This document shows positions 63,058-64,000 of a DNA stretch of 64,000 nucleotides, piece by piece (within the stretch, counting starts at the first letter, position 1; each line of letters opens with the position of its first letter). This DNA is from Caecitellus pseudoparvulus (Eukaryota > Protista > Bigyra: Bicosoecida): NCBI GenBank assembly GCA_965644315.1, contig CBFFRQ010000067.1, forward strand, positions 1 through 64,000. The letters run 5' to 3'. Below the pieces are notes generated by a model. That model was not told the DNA's origin. It was given only the letters and a program-made list of their open reading frames with translations, and searched no databases. Position numbers and translations under genes: made by a program.

Positions 63058-64000
63058 ATGTGGTCCCAGGCGCGAGCCCACGCCCATGTACACATGCAGT
63101 CCATGGCTTCTGCCTTGTTCCAGCCCTCTCGCTCCCTTGCATCCAAGTCCAAGGCCGCTCCGGTGGACGCACTGGCGTCCATTGTGTCCCTGTGCAAGCG
63201 GCGTGGCTTTGTCTTCCCCACTGCAGACTTGTACGGGGGCAGCGGCATCGGCTACGACTACGGCCCGTTGGGTGCTCAACTGGTGCACAACCTCAGCAGC
63301 CGGTGGTGGCGTGACTTCGTCACTGCTCGCAGGGACGTGTTGCCACTGGACTCCTGCACGCTGGCACCTGCCGCACTATGGCAGGCGTCAGGGCACCTGG
63401 AGCACTTCGTGGACCCCCTGACAGAGTGCGCGTCATGCCATGCCCGATTCCGCGCTGACCACATTGTGGGGGATGTGCCTGGCGGCTTGCACGGCCTTGC
63501 CGAGGCACTGCAGGCTTCGGACAGGCGCTGCCCAGCCTGTGGCGCCAGTGGGCAAGATGGGTTGACTGGTGCGTTTCATACTGCTGAGCGCGTCTTGCTC
63601 CCCGGACGCACCCGCCACATGTGCCGCCCCGCAGACCCGCGACAGTTCAACATGCTCTTCAACACGTCAGTGGGCCCAGTGGCAGGTGATGCTTCCCAGG
63701 CTTACCTGCGCCCAGAAACGGCCCAAGCCGTGTATGCACAGTGGCGCAACATTGTCCAGTGCACGCGAGGCAAGCTGCCTATGGGCATCGCCACGCTGGG
63801 CCGCTCCTACCGCAACGAAATCAGCACTGGGAACTTCATCTTCCGCACACGAGAGTTCACGCAGGCTGAGATTCAGTACTTCTGCCACCCGCAGCAAAGT
63901 GACCAAGTGCACGAGGAGTGGGTGACTGCCGCTTGGCAGTGGCTCCTACAGCTGGGCTTGCCACCCCACAAGCTGCGAAAACGCCAGCACAGCCGAGACC
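63058..64000 (+). CDS. GARS: Glycyl-tRNA synthetase (alpha2 / GlyQS type, likely organellar), runs off the window end
   Basis: SLCKRRGFVF, YDYGPLG, WQASGH..HF.DP, RFRADH, FNMLF.T, YLRPETAQ and RNEI...NFIFRTREF.Q.EIQYF. One intron about 63569-63633. Confidence 0.95.
   Translation, partial: MWSQARAHAHVHMQSMASALFQPSRSLASKSKAAPVDALASIVSLCKRRGFVFPTADLYGGSGIGYDYGPLGAQLVHNLSSRWWRDFVTARRDVLPLDSCTLAPAALWQASGHLEHFVDPLTECASCHARFRADHIVGDVPGGLHGLAEALQASDRRCPACGASGQDGLTGAFHTAERVLLPGRTRHMCRPADPRQFNMLFNTSVGPVAGDASQAYLRPETAQAVYAQWRNIVQCTRGKLPMGIATLGRSYRNEISTGNFIFRTREFTQAEIQYFCHPQQSDQVHEEWVTAAWQWLLQLGLPPHKLRKRQHSRD

Overview
This is the left end of a eukaryotic chromosome with TTAGGG-type telomeres and short GT-AG introns, probably from a protist (the lineage cannot be fixed from this window). 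The first 1.2 kb is a (TAACCC)n telomere. It is followed by a head-to-tail array of telomere-embedded non-LTR retrotransposons: two full-length, intact but strongly diverged copies (1211-10082 and 10133-17932) and a 3'-only relic (17957-18275), separated by short telomeric-repeat spacers. Each full copy has one ORF of about 2200 aa with the order novel N-terminal domain, Josephin/papain-like Cys-His-Asn protease, APE endonuclease, RT, CCHC finger and a PIP-box-like C-terminus. Both full copies start at the same base after CCCTAAC. None has a poly(A) tail. All three end in a conserved multi-stem RNA structure of about 200-320 nt with covarying stems, which in the two full copies runs straight into CTAACCC, the telomerase-template sense. 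The subtelomere then holds an LRR-mucin-multi-TM receptor, a large FN3-like repeat protein, an ankyrin-like protein, a 4.54-kb PIF/Harbinger/IS5-type DNA transposon (24-bp TIRs, 4-bp AGAT TSD, probable spliced chromo-like tail) and a Sel1-repeat protein. From about 43 kb the window is gene-dense core sequence: a PX protein, an ERdj5-like protein, GINS Sld5, a BAG2-like protein, a J-like/DUF3395 protein, a ZNF830-like protein, an EGF-multi-TM protein and glycyl-tRNA synthetase.
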